Assembly: GCA_037130495.1 (NCBI GenBank)
Contig: JBAXSX010000003.1
Coordinates: forward strand, 13,793 to 77,792
Direction: 5' to 3'
DNA: 64,000 nt
From: Candidatus Roizmanbacteria bacterium
GTDB lineage: Bacteria > Patescibacteriota > Microgenomatia > UBA1406 > GWC2-37-13
Part shown: positions 37,963 through 47,956 of the stretch, piece by piece
Layout of the letters: every line of letters starts with the position of its first letter
How positions within the stretch are numbered: position 1 is the first letter of the stretch
The notes under the pieces: generated by a model
What the model saw: the letters and a program-made list of their open reading frames with translations, nothing else
Database searches by the model: none
Told to the model about the DNA's origin: nothing
Made by a program: the position numbers and the translations under genes

Positions 37963-38541
37963 TTAGAAGGGGAGTGTGCTGGGGACAGTGTCAGACTTAC
38001 TCTGGCCATCACGGTATTTTTCCCATCGAGTAGGTATTTTCGCACGCTGATCTCCTGCTCCTACGTACACATTGCCGTAGGTCGCACCATACTCGAATAC
38101 TTGCTTGGTGATTTTCACGTCATCCCGACAATACTCGATGATTTTGTCGATCTGTCCAGTTTTGTACCACTCAAGTGCTTGGAGACCATTTGCAGACTTT
38201 TTCACTCCGAGCGTGGCTTGGGAGACGTCGTTGAGTCCAAAGCGGCGACCTGTCGTCTTGCGGATATCCTCAAGCATATCAAAGCGAGAAAACGCAAAGA
38301 CATCCCCATGGTAGTACGCCTGGAGGACAGGCAAATCAAATCCATCACTGTTGTAACCGATTACATATGATGCAGTCTCAAGACGGGGGAAGAGATCAGA
38401 GAGTTGATCCTCAGTATAACTATGATAGATGCCGTCGGTGTAGTCATATGCGATGACCACTGAGATGCCCAACTTTGCTGGATCCGAGAATTGTCGAAAC
38501 GAATGTTTTGTCTCTATATCTATGATGATTGGCTTGGACAT
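37963..38541 (-). CDS. DEDDy-type 3'-5' exonuclease (RNase H-like fold, PolB-exo/YprB-like)
   Basis: Exo I IIIDIETK, Exo II GYNSDGFDLPVL, Exo III YCRDDVKIT. Confidence 0.65.
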   Translation of the reverse strand: MSKPIIIDIETKHSFRQFSDPAKLGISVVIAYDYTDGIYHSYTEDQLSDLFPRLETASYVIGYNSDGFDLPVLQAYYHGDVFAFSRFDMLEDIRKTTGRRFGLNDVSQATLGVKKSANGLQALEWYKTGQIDKIIEYCRDDVKITKQVFEYGATYGNVYVGAGDQRAKIPTRWEKYRDGQSKSDTVPSTLPF

Positions 38542-38588
38542 ATCTAGAGTTTGATTGTAGGTGGACCAGTATCAATTACAAGTCTTGA

Positions 38589-38665
38589 CATTGAGAGGCA
38601 GAACATGAAACATAAAACATAAAATATAAAATATGAAATATGGAGTATGAAACAGAGAACGGAGA
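38589..38665. repeat. Degenerate heptanucleotide tandem repeat (about 11 units)
   Basis: attgaga ggcagaa catgaaa cataaaa cataaaa tataaaa tatgaaa tatggag tatgaaa cagagaa cggagaa. Lies just upstream of the exonuclease gene start. Confidence 0.7.
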
Positions 38666-38688
38666 ATGCCAAGCATCATTGATTGACT

Positions 38689-38755
38689 CTCTGAATGTAG
38701 TTCAGAGTCCATGCGCGGAAAACAGCATGGTTCCTGATCGTCATCAGGAAGTCAA
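38689..38755. repeat. Left copy of an inverted-repeat pair (partner at 40090..40150)
   Basis: ...ttcagagtccatgc[gcggaaaaca]gcatggttcctgatcgtcatcaggaagtcaa matches the reverse complement of 40090..40150, apart from one indel and two substitutions. Confidence 0.75.
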
Positions 38756-38800
38756 GGAAAAGAACATAAAACATGGATTGTGAAATAGGCAGAAGATCAC

Positions 38801-39253
38801 TCAATGGACTTTGTGCTTTGACTTGCGGTTTTCGCGGAATATTTCGATTGAAACGGGCTGCTCAGTACCTCTGGATTTCACCTGAGGGAGGCGCATATCT
38901 ATCCGATTGAGCGTGTCTTGGAATTGTTGTCTGAAATATGATGACATCTGATAAAACATATCGATTTCCTTACGAGGGAGTTTATCCACGGTGTTTTCAA
39001 TATATTCATCTATTTTAATGATCGACCACAGTGCGTCGATGAACTGGTCATTGCTCATATTGAGTGAAAAGACATCACCCAAGTGAGGTCTAATGAGAAG
39101 CTTGTTCATTTGTATGTCGCGCTTCATCTGTGAGATGGGAGGCTTTTGTTTGAGGATGCTATGATTCAAGAGAGCTACCGCATCAAAGGCGTCGAATTTT
39201 TTACGATTCGTTTTGATCATGAGTTTTTTGAGAAATTGAGTATTCATATTCAT
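38801..39253 (-). CDS. Hypothetical protein
   Basis: 150-aa ORF from ATG 39253. No motif recognised. Divergent from the YqeY-like gene. Confidence 0.4.
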   Translation of the reverse strand: MNMNTQFLKKLMIKTNRKKFDAFDAVALLNHSILKQKPPISQMKRDIQMNKLLIRPHLGDVFSLNMSNDQFIDALWSIIKIDEYIENTVDKLPRKEIDMFYQMSSYFRQQFQDTLNRIDMRLPQVKSRGTEQPVSIEIFRENRKSKHKVH

Positions 39254-39321
39254 TCTGCTGATTTTAAAAGATGATTTCAAGAGATCAAAACTAGGGCAAT
39301 ATGTTACAATCGATAACACCT

Positions 39322-39774
39322 ATGTCATCATTACTCACTCGTATCCAAACTGAAGTCATCGCCGCGATGAAAAGTCGTGATTCTGTGCGTCTAGAAACTC
39401 TCAGACTCATTGTATCACAGGCCAAATACAAGCAAATCGAAACACAAAAAGATCTGACCGATGAGGACATCATCACGGTCATTCGCAAGCAGATCAAAGA
39501 GCTCACTGAGGCTAGTGCTCAGTTTAGCGCGGCTGGGAGAAATGACCTCAGCGAAGCAAATACCGCACAGGTCAATATCTTACAGTCATATCTCCCTGCG
39601 GAGATATCAGACGAGGAGTTGAAAAAACTCATACAGGGATTCATCGACGAGAATATGCCTGCATTCACAGCAAATCCGCGAGTTCTCACTGGTAAAGTCA
39701 TTGGTGCTTTGCGATCAAAGGCATCTCCAGATCGTATATCCAAGATGTACGGACAGATGATGTCGAAGGTCTAA
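39322..39774 (+). CDS. GatB/YqeY-domain protein
   Basis: MSSLLTRIQTEVIAAMKSRDSVRLETLRLIVSQAKYKQIE ... is the typical YqeY family N-terminus; 150 aa. Confidence 0.8.
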   Translation: MSSLLTRIQTEVIAAMKSRDSVRLETLRLIVSQAKYKQIETQKDLTDEDIITVIRKQIKELTEASAQFSAAGRNDLSEANTAQVNILQSYLPAEISDEELKKLIQGFIDENMPAFTANPRVLTGKVIGALRSKASPDRISKMYGQMMSKV

Positions 39775-39898
39775 GGTCGAAAGTCGAACGTCAAATTGTT
39801 TTCATGTTCAAGGTTATCAGGTTGGGAAAGCGAAGAGTCTAGAACGTAGAGTTTATAACGTACAACGGGAATACAAGATGGTTTGTATAAATTATCAG

Positions 39899-40150
39899 TT
39901 CGAGCCCCGAAGGGGCCACGTTGTGGTTAGGCATACCTATTCATTTCAAGTGTCATCCCAGCGCATGCTGGGATCTTTCGAATGGATCCCGGATCCCTCC
40001 TTCGCTCCCGCAGAGCGGGACAAGTAAGGCTTCGGATGGGCAGGCTTGTCCGGGAAGTCAACAGAGTACGTTGATTTCCAAACTTTTCATTGATTTCCTG
40101 ATGACGATCAGGAACCATGCAGGACTCTGAGCTAAACTCAGGGATTCAGG
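39899..40150. repeat. Cluster of GC-rich palindromic modules, including the right inverted-repeat copy
   Basis: gccccgaaggggc, gtcatcccagcgcatgctgggatc, ccctccttcgctcccgcagagcggga (reverse complement at 53041..53068) and tcctgatgacgatcaggaaccatgc. Confidence 0.8.
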
Positions 40151-40188
40151 GTAGAGACAACTAAGACACCAAGAAAACCACTTGCTCA

Positions 40189-43100
40189 TCATCCATTATC
40201 AGCTACCACTTCTTTGGCTTCATGGGAGACACCTTCTTCGTCGACTTCGAGATGTTTGGTATTTTCTTCTTTCACTGTATGATCCACGGACACGAGATTT
40301 TCTTCAGCATTCGCTGATTCTGTTTGAGCGATGTCTTCAGCCTCCTTCTTTTTGATAAGTGATTTGCTAACTTGTTTTGCAGCTGACAATTTTGCTTTGA
40401 GGTAGGTGATGAGTTGTGCACCGTTCAGGTTATTGATCAAAAATACTGGGATGATAAACCCAACATCATCGAGTGCTTGCTGCCGCATTTTCGCATCCTT
40501 TGATAGAAATTTATTTAATATATTTGTGATGATTGTTGTATCTTGTTTGATCCAATCCAAACGTGTGTGGACATCCTCTGAAGTTGGCACTTCACCTTCT
40601 TCATATTGGGATACCCAGAGGTTACGTATCTCCTCATATTCATCCAAAGATTGCTCCTCAGGGAGCGGGATGAGCTGATCGATTTGCATTTCGGGATCGA
40701 CCGCTGTCTCAAGTTGTTCTTTGAACAGGTCAACATCTGCTCCTACTCGTGGACCCCCATCTGCTCCTGGTGCGCCCAAGAGGTTCGATGTAGAGCCCAG
40801 CTGCTTCACCGCAGATTGTATGATCGATAATGCTTTTTGTGGCTCGACTCCGACTGTGGCTTTGATTTTTTCAAGCGTTTGTTGATCGGCAATAGATGTG
40901 GCAGTACTAAAGATGCTGATCGTAGACTCAACCTGTTTTTTACTTAGTCCTGACTCAGTCTGAATAGTGGTGATCACAGTATCATCAGCAAGAGTCCGTT
41001 TGAGGATGGCTTGGGTAAAGTTGCGTACCTTTTCATTTTCAAATAGTGATCCACCTCCACCACTGGTAGAAGTTTCACTCGAAGTAGTATCGCCAATAGA
41101 TGTTGTACCTCCTACAGATGTTGCACCGCCTATAGATGTCGTCTTATTTATATTGTTGTTCGTAGTTTTTGTATACTGCATATCGGACGATGAGTCGGTG
41201 TCAGACATAGCTGCCTGCTCCTGCCGGATATTGTTTGTTGTAGATATACTTGCAACGACTGGTGCTAGTGGAGCAGATGTAGATGTGGTTATGGCCCCGG
41301 CAGTGATGGTTGCCTTGCTGATTTGCGTCAGCAAATCAGTTGCCTTGGTATCGCTGATCTTCGTGATCTGAGTGATATTCGCGAGCGATTGGGCGCGTTC
41401 GATCACTGATCGTGTTTCTTTCAATACTAGCCTCACTTGATCGCTTGAGATGTTTGAGATTTTCGCTATTGACTCAATGATCTTGCTGAGAGGCTGCATC
41501 GTCTGCTGAGAAAAAGTCTGCAGGATGCTCTTCACCGACTCTTCTGAAACACCGGAATGCTGAGCGATCGCGGTCATTGTCTGTGTGTTGTTCAGTATAT
41601 TTCCAACTATCTGTTGACTCACTTGGCTGATGCGGTCGCTTGATGCCCCGCTCGATTGAGAAACGACCTTGTCGAGAGAGAGCGTATCGGAGGTGTTCAC
41701 GAGTGCTGCTTCGATTGACTTCGTCAACTCACTTCGTCTCTGGATATTTTCTTGACTTGTGGTTGATGCCGTGGAGAGCATGTAGCGTGCATAGCTATCA
41801 TTTTTACTCGTCGCTCTATTAAAGAGCTCAGTACGCACATTCAAATATTTTTGACGATCTGATGAAGTCGTTGCAGTCAAAGGATTTTGCAACAGTCCAA
41901 AATTCTGTCGTGCAGACGATAGCAATGTTTTGTTTGTCTCGAGCCGTGCGACATCACGGAGAGATGTTGCTCGTAAGCCCATAGTCGAGGCGATATCGGC
42001 GGTATGTGCCTGGTGAACTTGCTCGACATTGTCTAGACGGAGCGCTTTCTGCGTCAGTGATGAAGTCTTGGTTGAAGATGTAATCGGTGTATCTCGAACG
42101 ATATTTGTTGGTACTCGCATTGGCTGTGGCACGGGGCCTTTTGGAGGAGGTGGGTGGATGCCATCTCCGAGACTTTTGAGCGCAGAGCCCATCGCATATA
42201 TACCATCACAACAATAATCTCTAAATATACGAAGGAGCCACCACGGGAAAAATATGACCGCCCACATCATTATCAGACTGATTGCGTACTCAGCAAATGT
42301 ATCTATATAGTTTGCACTGTTGAATGCATTGATTGCAGTGTTGCCGAGTTGGGCAGGACCGCCATAGGTGATAATGAGCGCATTTGGATAGACATATCCG
42401 AGGTAGCTATTGATACGTGAAAAATCAAATTGAAATGGTATCCCATAGCGCCAGAGTGCTCCCGTTGCACCCAAAAAGAGAGCAAACAGAGGACCATAAA
42501 ATAACCATTGGAAAAATACCCCGATCCAGATTTTGCCGGTATTTCGAATGAGAGGAAATGAAAGGAGTATGGGCAAAAATGGAGATACAAAGAGCATGAA
42601 CCATAGCAATATCTTGCGAAGTATGATCATGATACCCATGGTGTAGTACGTGAGGTTCGTGAGACGAAGCATGAATACTTGGGCATCTATGGACTCCTGG
42701 ACACGGATATTAATATCTCTACAACCGATGAATCCAATATAGTTTGCCTCGGTATTGTGAGATCCGAAGTAGACATTGAAAAGTTGTCCACCCCCGAGAG
42801 ACAATATGAAAAAGCGCATGAATATTTCGGATATCTGGATGAGCAAAAGAACAATTGCAGCGGACAGAGATATATAGAGGAGCGATAGTGCGATTTTGCC
42901 GACAGATCTCCAGACTCCAAACTCCCCAGATAGTCGATACCTCATGCGTTGAGCGAGGATCATCCATACTCCAAGTACTCCTGCCATCAGGATGACTACA
43001 GATATGGCAATATTTCGGGATACGCCCCAGATCTCTTTGATCTTCGGATTGTCATCGATAGCCGAACGACTCAGCGTCCAAAACAAAAACTGTCTGGCTC

Positions 43101-43554
43101 GCTCATTTGATTTGCCAAGCGCGGTGATGGCTGAGTCCTCGGCCCAATAATGATTGGCACTCGGGTTGTCGATGAAGTTCACATCAGTTGCTACAGGGGT
43201 CACAGACGGGAGCGGTGCATAGAGATTTGCACACTTTTCTGTAGCTGTGTCTGTCTGACTGCCGACTGTGTTCAATTGCTTTTTGTAATCGTTATATCCT
43301 GTTGGACGGATGTTTGCTGGATTTGGACTGCTTGTTTGACCAGTAGAATAAAACTCAGGAAATCCTATGGGGCACTTCGGGGCGTTGCCACCTGATAGTT
43401 TGCAGGGAATAGGGGTGATACCAAGCTGAATATAGTCATACATGTCCTTTCCGGTCGCCTTTTGTGCATGTATTTGAGATACAGAAGTTACGAGAAAAGC
43501 ACACATGAAAAACAAAACAGCGATACGGAGGAAGAAACGAGATGAGAATGTCAC
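40189..43554 (-). CDS. Giant polytopic membrane protein, TrbL/VirB6-like core with ~650-aa C-terminal tail
   Basis: Signal peptide (GTG start), an extracytoplasmic N-domain, about 7 TM helices (e.g. ILLWFMLFVSPFLPILLSF, VFFQWLFYGPLFALFLGATG), then a Ser/Thr-rich helical tail. The VirB6 assignment rests on topology, context and resemblance only. Confidence 0.45.
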   Translation of the reverse strand: MTFSSRFFLRIAVLFFMCAFLVTSVSQIHAQKATGKDMYDYIQLGITPIPCKLSGGNAPKCPIGFPEFYSTGQTSSPNPANIRPTGYNDYKKQLNTVGSQTDTATEKCANLYAPLPSVTPVATDVNFIDNPSANHYWAEDSAITALGKSNERARQFLFWTLSRSAIDDNPKIKEIWGVSRNIAISVVILMAGVLGVWMILAQRMRYRLSGEFGVWRSVGKIALSLLYISLSAAIVLLLIQISEIFMRFFILSLGGGQLFNVYFGSHNTEANYIGFIGCRDINIRVQESIDAQVFMLRLTNLTYYTMGIMIILRKILLWFMLFVSPFLPILLSFPLIRNTGKIWIGVFFQWLFYGPLFALFLGATGALWRYGIPFQFDFSRINSYLGYVYPNALIITYGGPAQLGNTAINAFNSANYIDTFAEYAISLIMMWAVIFFPWWLLRIFRDYCCDGIYAMGSALKSLGDGIHPPPPKGPVPQPMRVPTNIVRDTPITSSTKTSSLTQKALRLDNVEQVHQAHTADIASTMGLRATSLRDVARLETNKTLLSSARQNFGLLQNPLTATTSSDRQKYLNVRTELFNRATSKNDSYARYMLSTASTTSQENIQRRSELTKSIEAALVNTSDTLSLDKVVSQSSGASSDRISQVSQQIVGNILNNTQTMTAIAQHSGVSEESVKSILQTFSQQTMQPLSKIIESIAKISNISSDQVRLVLKETRSVIERAQSLANITQITKISDTKATDLLTQISKATITAGAITTSTSAPLAPVVASISTTNNIRQEQAAMSDTDSSSDMQYTKTTNNNINKTTSIGGATSVGGTTSIGDTTSSETSTSGGGGSLFENEKVRNFTQAILKRTLADDTVITTIQTESGLSKKQVESTISIFSTATSIADQQTLEKIKATVGVEPQKALSIIQSAVKQLGSTSNLLGAPGADGGPRVGADVDLFKEQLETAVDPEMQIDQLIPLPEEQSLDEYEEIRNLWVSQYEEGEVPTSEDVHTRLDWIKQDTTIITNILNKFLSKDAKMRQQALDDVGFIIPVFLINNLNGAQLITYLKAKLSAAKQVSKSLIKKKEAEDIAQTESANAEENLVSVDHTVKEENTKHLEVDEEGVSHEAKEVVADNG

Positions 43555-43620
43555 CTAACTATACTAATTGATACAGTTGTCATTGACAAGAGATTTTGTG
43601 AACCTGTATGATGGAGTACT

Positions 43621-45714
43621 ATGTCAAACTATTTTAAAAAGGTCCTACTTTTAACAGTCTTTGTACTCCTGTTTGTACCTGCTTACACCCACGCAGCAGA
43701 TTTTGAAAAAAATTCTGAAGGTGCTATGGAGTTCACTTCATCAAAGATGGCCTCGAGCGTACATAGAATCAAGCTTGTTCCGACAAACACGTTATCAAAA
43801 GAAGAATTCCTCAATATCTTTGTATTAGGTTGTGTGACCAACGATAGATTAAAGGGAGATATCGTCGTTGGGAGCTGGACGTTTTCCAATCTCACGGGTG
43901 ATGTCTGTACGACTGGTACTCAGACACACGATGTGCTCTGGTGTAACGCCGAATATCGATCGGCCCCAACAGGATACTGTGACGCCGTCGCGAATGCCAA
44001 ATGGAAGCGATTGGGACGGATCAGTTATGGTCTCGAGGGGTCCCAGCCACAGCTCAAAAATGGCAAAGCCTTTTCGTGTTTAGCAGATACTTTCTGTAAC
44101 GATGGCTCGATGGAGCTCTCTCCTACAGATTCGATCGAGTGGCAGCAAAAAAATGGATATCATGAGACACTCAATTGGTTTTACGCTGTCGGCTATTTCA
44201 CTCCCGTTGTGACAGCCGATGTCCCAGTAGACGGGAACTCGCCCAAAATCAAAGATCAGATCTTCAAGCCCAGCAACCAAGTCAATGTTATTAAATACAG
44301 ATTTGATCCGTATGGATATGTATTTGATGCTCAGACCCTTGAGCCGCTTGCCAACGTTCCTGTATACCTATTTGAAAAGTGGCAGCCTGTGGTGAGTCCA
44401 ACTCCTCCAGCCGCTCTCGAGTTTTATAACAATCTGAGTGACAATAATATTGGAGTTGCCTCGGTACAGAACACCCTTGCCACTGGTTCATTTGCATTTG
44501 TAATAGCCAATGGGACATATGCGCTGGACGTCCTTACAGCCGCTCCAGATCAGACGCTCCCCTATACAAGTCGAGCGAACAGTGTGTTGGTCGATGCCAG
44601 TCAGGCATCAGCAGTCCGGGGAGCAAAACAAGACAATGGTACCTATAAAGTGTTTGTCACCGTTGATCAGAAATCAAAAGAGTTATATACCGAACTGTAC
44701 CCAACTAACGCGGCTACAATAGAGGACATCGTGCAAGCCAATGGCAAAATTCAACGTCGTGATTTGCCCGTCACTGCATCCAAAATCGGAGTATCTGCCA
44801 CGCGACCCCTTACTGTCATCAACGAAACGAATGCACGGAATAACGATGCAGGATTGTATGTTTTCGGTACAGTCTCTCATCCATATACTCTCGTTGAGGC
44901 AGTCATCGATGGCGTCGTCCAACCGATCACTACTCGTGCAACGATCGACGGCACATGGGGATTCACGATACCTACAGATACCATCACTCCAGTCAGTGTC
45001 GTGACAGTGAAGCTCACGAAACCTGCCTTTTATTCATCAGTGCTCGGTGTATCTACTGACTCCGTAGTAGCAAAGGGCGATGGTCTGGAGATAAGTATCC
45101 CTGTCATGCCTCGGTATATAGATGCGATAGCAAAGAGCGATGCAGGTGCAGTTTTGCCACTGACGGAAGTCCGTGTCATAGATGAAACGGATGGACAGAT
45201 CACCTATACCACCAAAACTGATGAGACGGGGAGATTCCTCATCCCACCTCATGGCCTCTCTGCATTTCGATATAGACTTGAGTATGGATCCGGAGCAACA
45301 CTCCGAACAGTGAAGACCACGGATATTTTTGCTGAGAATAAAACATATCTGGCATCTAAGGCAATCAATCCATTTTCAGCAGTCGAGGCTGAAAAGGTCG
45401 AGGTCCTGACCTATTCACAGTCTACGCCGAGTGCGACACTGTCGACAGCGCCGATTAGTCCAACTGTCATACAGCCCAGTCAAGCATTGACGAATATATC
45501 TGGAGTCCCCGTGACGCCAAGTGCAGCTGTGTCTAAGCAGCCCACACGACCCGTCGGCCAACTTGCCCAGATATTCGTATATATAGCAATTCTGATCTTA
45601 CTTGTTGGCGTTACGGCATTGTTAGTCATGTACTATCTGAAGCGTCGTCAAGATCCGCATATGTATGATGCGAGTCAACCGCCTCCATCAGCGCCTATGC
45701 CACCGACCGCATAA
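43621..45714 (+). CDS. Secreted, C-terminally anchored protein with CarboxypepD_reg-like beta-sandwich segments
   Basis: Signal peptide ...FVPAYTHA|AD. Segments YGYVFDAQTLEPLANVPVYLF and LPLTEVRVIDETDGQITYTTKTDETGRFLI. C-terminal TM helix plus a Pro-rich tail. Confidence 0.55.
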   Translation: MSNYFKKVLLLTVFVLLFVPAYTHAADFEKNSEGAMEFTSSKMASSVHRIKLVPTNTLSKEEFLNIFVLGCVTNDRLKGDIVVGSWTFSNLTGDVCTTGTQTHDVLWCNAEYRSAPTGYCDAVANAKWKRLGRISYGLEGSQPQLKNGKAFSCLADTFCNDGSMELSPTDSIEWQQKNGYHETLNWFYAVGYFTPVVTADVPVDGNSPKIKDQIFKPSNQVNVIKYRFDPYGYVFDAQTLEPLANVPVYLFEKWQPVVSPTPPAALEFYNNLSDNNIGVASVQNTLATGSFAFVIANGTYALDVLTAAPDQTLPYTSRANSVLVDASQASAVRGAKQDNGTYKVFVTVDQKSKELYTELYPTNAATIEDIVQANGKIQRRDLPVTASKIGVSATRPLTVINETNARNNDAGLYVFGTVSHPYTLVEAVIDGVVQPITTRATIDGTWGFTIPTDTITPVSVVTVKLTKPAFYSSVLGVSTDSVVAKGDGLEISIPVMPRYIDAIAKSDAGAVLPLTEVRVIDETDGQITYTTKTDETGRFLIPPHGLSAFRYRLEYGSGATLRTVKTTDIFAENKTYLASKAINPFSAVEAEKVEVLTYSQSTPSATLSTAPISPTVIQPSQALTNISGVPVTPSAAVSKQPTRPVGQLAQIFVYIAILILLVGVTALLVMYYLKRRQDPHMYDASQPPPSAPMPPTA

Positions 45715-45726
45715 GCAGATTCATTT

Positions 45727-47241
45727 ATGCTTGCAAAAGTATATTCAGGCGCAACTCTCGGATTGGAGGGGATACTTATCACCGTTGAGGTGGATATCGC
45801 TGATCGTGGATTTCCTACGTTCACGATCGTGGGTTTGCCCGGCAAAGAGATCAACGAGAGTAAGGATCGTATTCGTACCGCACTCACAAATACAGGTTTT
45901 GATGTGCCTGATTCACGGTTGACTGTGAATCTTGCTCCTGCAGATGTGCCAAAAACAGGGAGTCGATACGATCTGGCTATTGCGATAGGCATACTCGCTG
46001 CACAGAAATTGTGCGCATCAGATGTATTAGAGCAGGCTTTTTTCATCGGCGAGCTTTCTCTCGAGGGCGGTGTGCGATCGGTGACCGGTGTCATGCCACT
46101 TGCTCTCATGGCAGCTCGAGCTGGCAAGACACAACTGTTTGTTCCACGCGCAAATGCTCCTGAGGCAGCGGTAGTCGATGATGTTGTAGTGTATCCGGTC
46201 GACAGTCTGCGTGATCTCATCGACCATTTGGTAGGGAAGACGACTATAGTGCCACAGACACAGACCATCATCGATCAATATCTCCCGACCTACGTTACTG
46301 ATTTTGCAGACGTGCGAGGGCAAGGACAAGCCAAACGAGCGCTCGAAATAGCTGCAGCTGGATCACACAATATCCATCTGAGAGGTGTACCGGGAGCTGG
46401 CAAAACACTTCTCGCACGATCCTTTCCTTCCATTCTTCCGCCACTGACCAAATCAGAAATGTTGGAAGTCACTCAGATATATTCCGTCACGGGACTCCTG
46501 AGCGGTGCACCAGTAGTGGCATCTCGACCATTTCGTTCACCTCATCACACTACCAGTAGGATTGGCTTGATTGGTGGGGGGACCAATCCCTCACCGGGCG
46601 AGATTAGTCTCGCTCACAGGGGTGTGCTTTTCTTGGACGAGTTTCCCGAATACGAACGGGGTACGCTCGAGGCGCTCCGTCAGCCAATGGAGGATGGGGT
46701 GGTGACTATATCTCGAGCTGCTGGAACAGTTACGTATCCTGCACGGTTCCTCTTGCTTGCTGCGAGCAACCCCTGTCCGTGTGGATATCTCGGCCATCCA
46801 ACCAAAGCATGTACCTGTCCGCAGACAGCGATACTCAAGTACCGCAAAAAGCTCTCAGGTCCTATCCTCGATCGTATCGATCTGCACATCGATATCCCTC
46901 CGGTTGCATATGATAAGTTGCATGGGGTTGAGGAGGCAGAGTCATCATCCGATATCCGCAGCCGAGTCGTCGCAGCTCGAGCTCGCCAACATGCACGGCT
47001 TGCTGCAATAGGCAAATATGCCAATGTCGAGATGAGTAGTGTCGATGTGCGCAAACTCTGTGTCATCGATGATACTGGTGCACGATTGCTCAAACAAGCC
47101 TCAGAGCGTATGTCACTCTCTGCCCGATCACACTTCAAAATCATCAAAGTCGCACAGACTATTGCAGATCTTGCAGGATCTGCTACTATAAATGAGATAC
47201 ACATCGCTGAGGCCTTGCAATATAGGCCCAAAGATGAGTAG
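45727..47241 (+). CDS. comM: Mg-chelatase-like AAA+ protein YifB/ComM
   Basis: N-terminal Lon-like domain (LAKVYSGATLGLEGILITVEVDI), Walker A GVPGAGKT, Walker B VLFLDEFPE, and the zinc-like CPCGYLG...CTC insert. Confidence 0.92.
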   Translation: MLAKVYSGATLGLEGILITVEVDIADRGFPTFTIVGLPGKEINESKDRIRTALTNTGFDVPDSRLTVNLAPADVPKTGSRYDLAIAIGILAAQKLCASDVLEQAFFIGELSLEGGVRSVTGVMPLALMAARAGKTQLFVPRANAPEAAVVDDVVVYPVDSLRDLIDHLVGKTTIVPQTQTIIDQYLPTYVTDFADVRGQGQAKRALEIAAAGSHNIHLRGVPGAGKTLLARSFPSILPPLTKSEMLEVTQIYSVTGLLSGAPVVASRPFRSPHHTTSRIGLIGGGTNPSPGEISLAHRGVLFLDEFPEYERGTLEALRQPMEDGVVTISRAAGTVTYPARFLLLAASNPCPCGYLGHPTKACTCPQTAILKYRKKLSGPILDRIDLHIDIPPVAYDKLHGVEEAESSSDIRSRVVAARARQHARLAAIGKYANVEMSSVDVRKLCVIDDTGARLLKQASERMSLSARSHFKIIKVAQTIADLAGSATINEIHIAEALQYRPKDE

Positions 47242-47269
47242 AATGGAGGTAATCAATTATTTTATTATT

Positions 47270-47848
47270 ATGAACCAATTCAGAAAACTCTTTGTCGGCA
47301 GCCTTGCTATCGTGTTGGTCGCAACATCAGTTATGACTTTTGCTGCACAGTCCTCGCACGCAGCAGCAGGAGATAATCCTCGGTGTGAGTGTATGCACAC
47401 AGCTGGCAATGCTGCTACTGTGGGAACGTGGACACCACGAGTCGACGATGGAGCTGGTGGAAGGGCAGATGGGTCTACTGTTTGTGCTGACACAGGCCTT
47501 GCGGCGTTGTCATGTAATCCTCTCACCGATACCTTTGTCTCACCAGGATTTAAAGTGCCCAAGCTTGGAGATTTTCTCGGAAATATGATCCGATTCTTCT
47601 TCTTCATCGCAGGGATCGTTGCACTGGTATTCTTGCTCATTGGCGCATTTAAATGGGTCACCTCAGAGGGCAAGGAGGAAGGTGTGAAAGAAGCACGAGA
47701 ACAGATCCAGGCAGCAATACTCGGTCTCATTGTCATGGTTGCAGTACTTACGCTCGTAGTCGTTGTGGAACAGGTGATATTCGGAGGCAAGCTCTGTCTC
47801 GGTATATCATGTCCGCTCCAACTCGGATCATTTAACCTTGTGAAGTAA
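47270..47848 (+). CDS. T4SS pilin-like (VirB2/TrbC-type) small secreted membrane protein
   Basis: Signal peptide, then two hydrophobic helices flanking a charged loop: FFFIAGIVALVFLLIGAFKWVTSEGKEEGVKEAREQIQAAILGLIVMVAVLTLVVVV. Confidence 0.5.
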   Translation: MNQFRKLFVGSLAIVLVATSVMTFAAQSSHAAAGDNPRCECMHTAGNAATVGTWTPRVDDGAGGRADGSTVCADTGLAALSCNPLTDTFVSPGFKVPKLGDFLGNMIRFFFFIAGIVALVFLLIGAFKWVTSEGKEEGVKEAREQIQAAILGLIVMVAVLTLVVVVEQVIFGGKLCLGISCPLQLGSFNLVK

Positions 47849-47956
47849 TCTACATTTGAAACGAGCCAAAAGGCGACGCATGTGCGTCGCCTTTTTCATT
47901 GATCGGGAGCCTTGATCTTGCAATGTGTATACGCTATTTGCTATAGTGAGTGAGTC

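Noticed and set aside
34230-43554. A diversity-generating retroelement targeting the giant pilin or lectin-like proteins, which are common in CPR genomes.
   Set aside because: No reverse transcriptase ORF (YxDD) and no template/variable repeat pair with A-specific mismatches was seen anywhere in the window.
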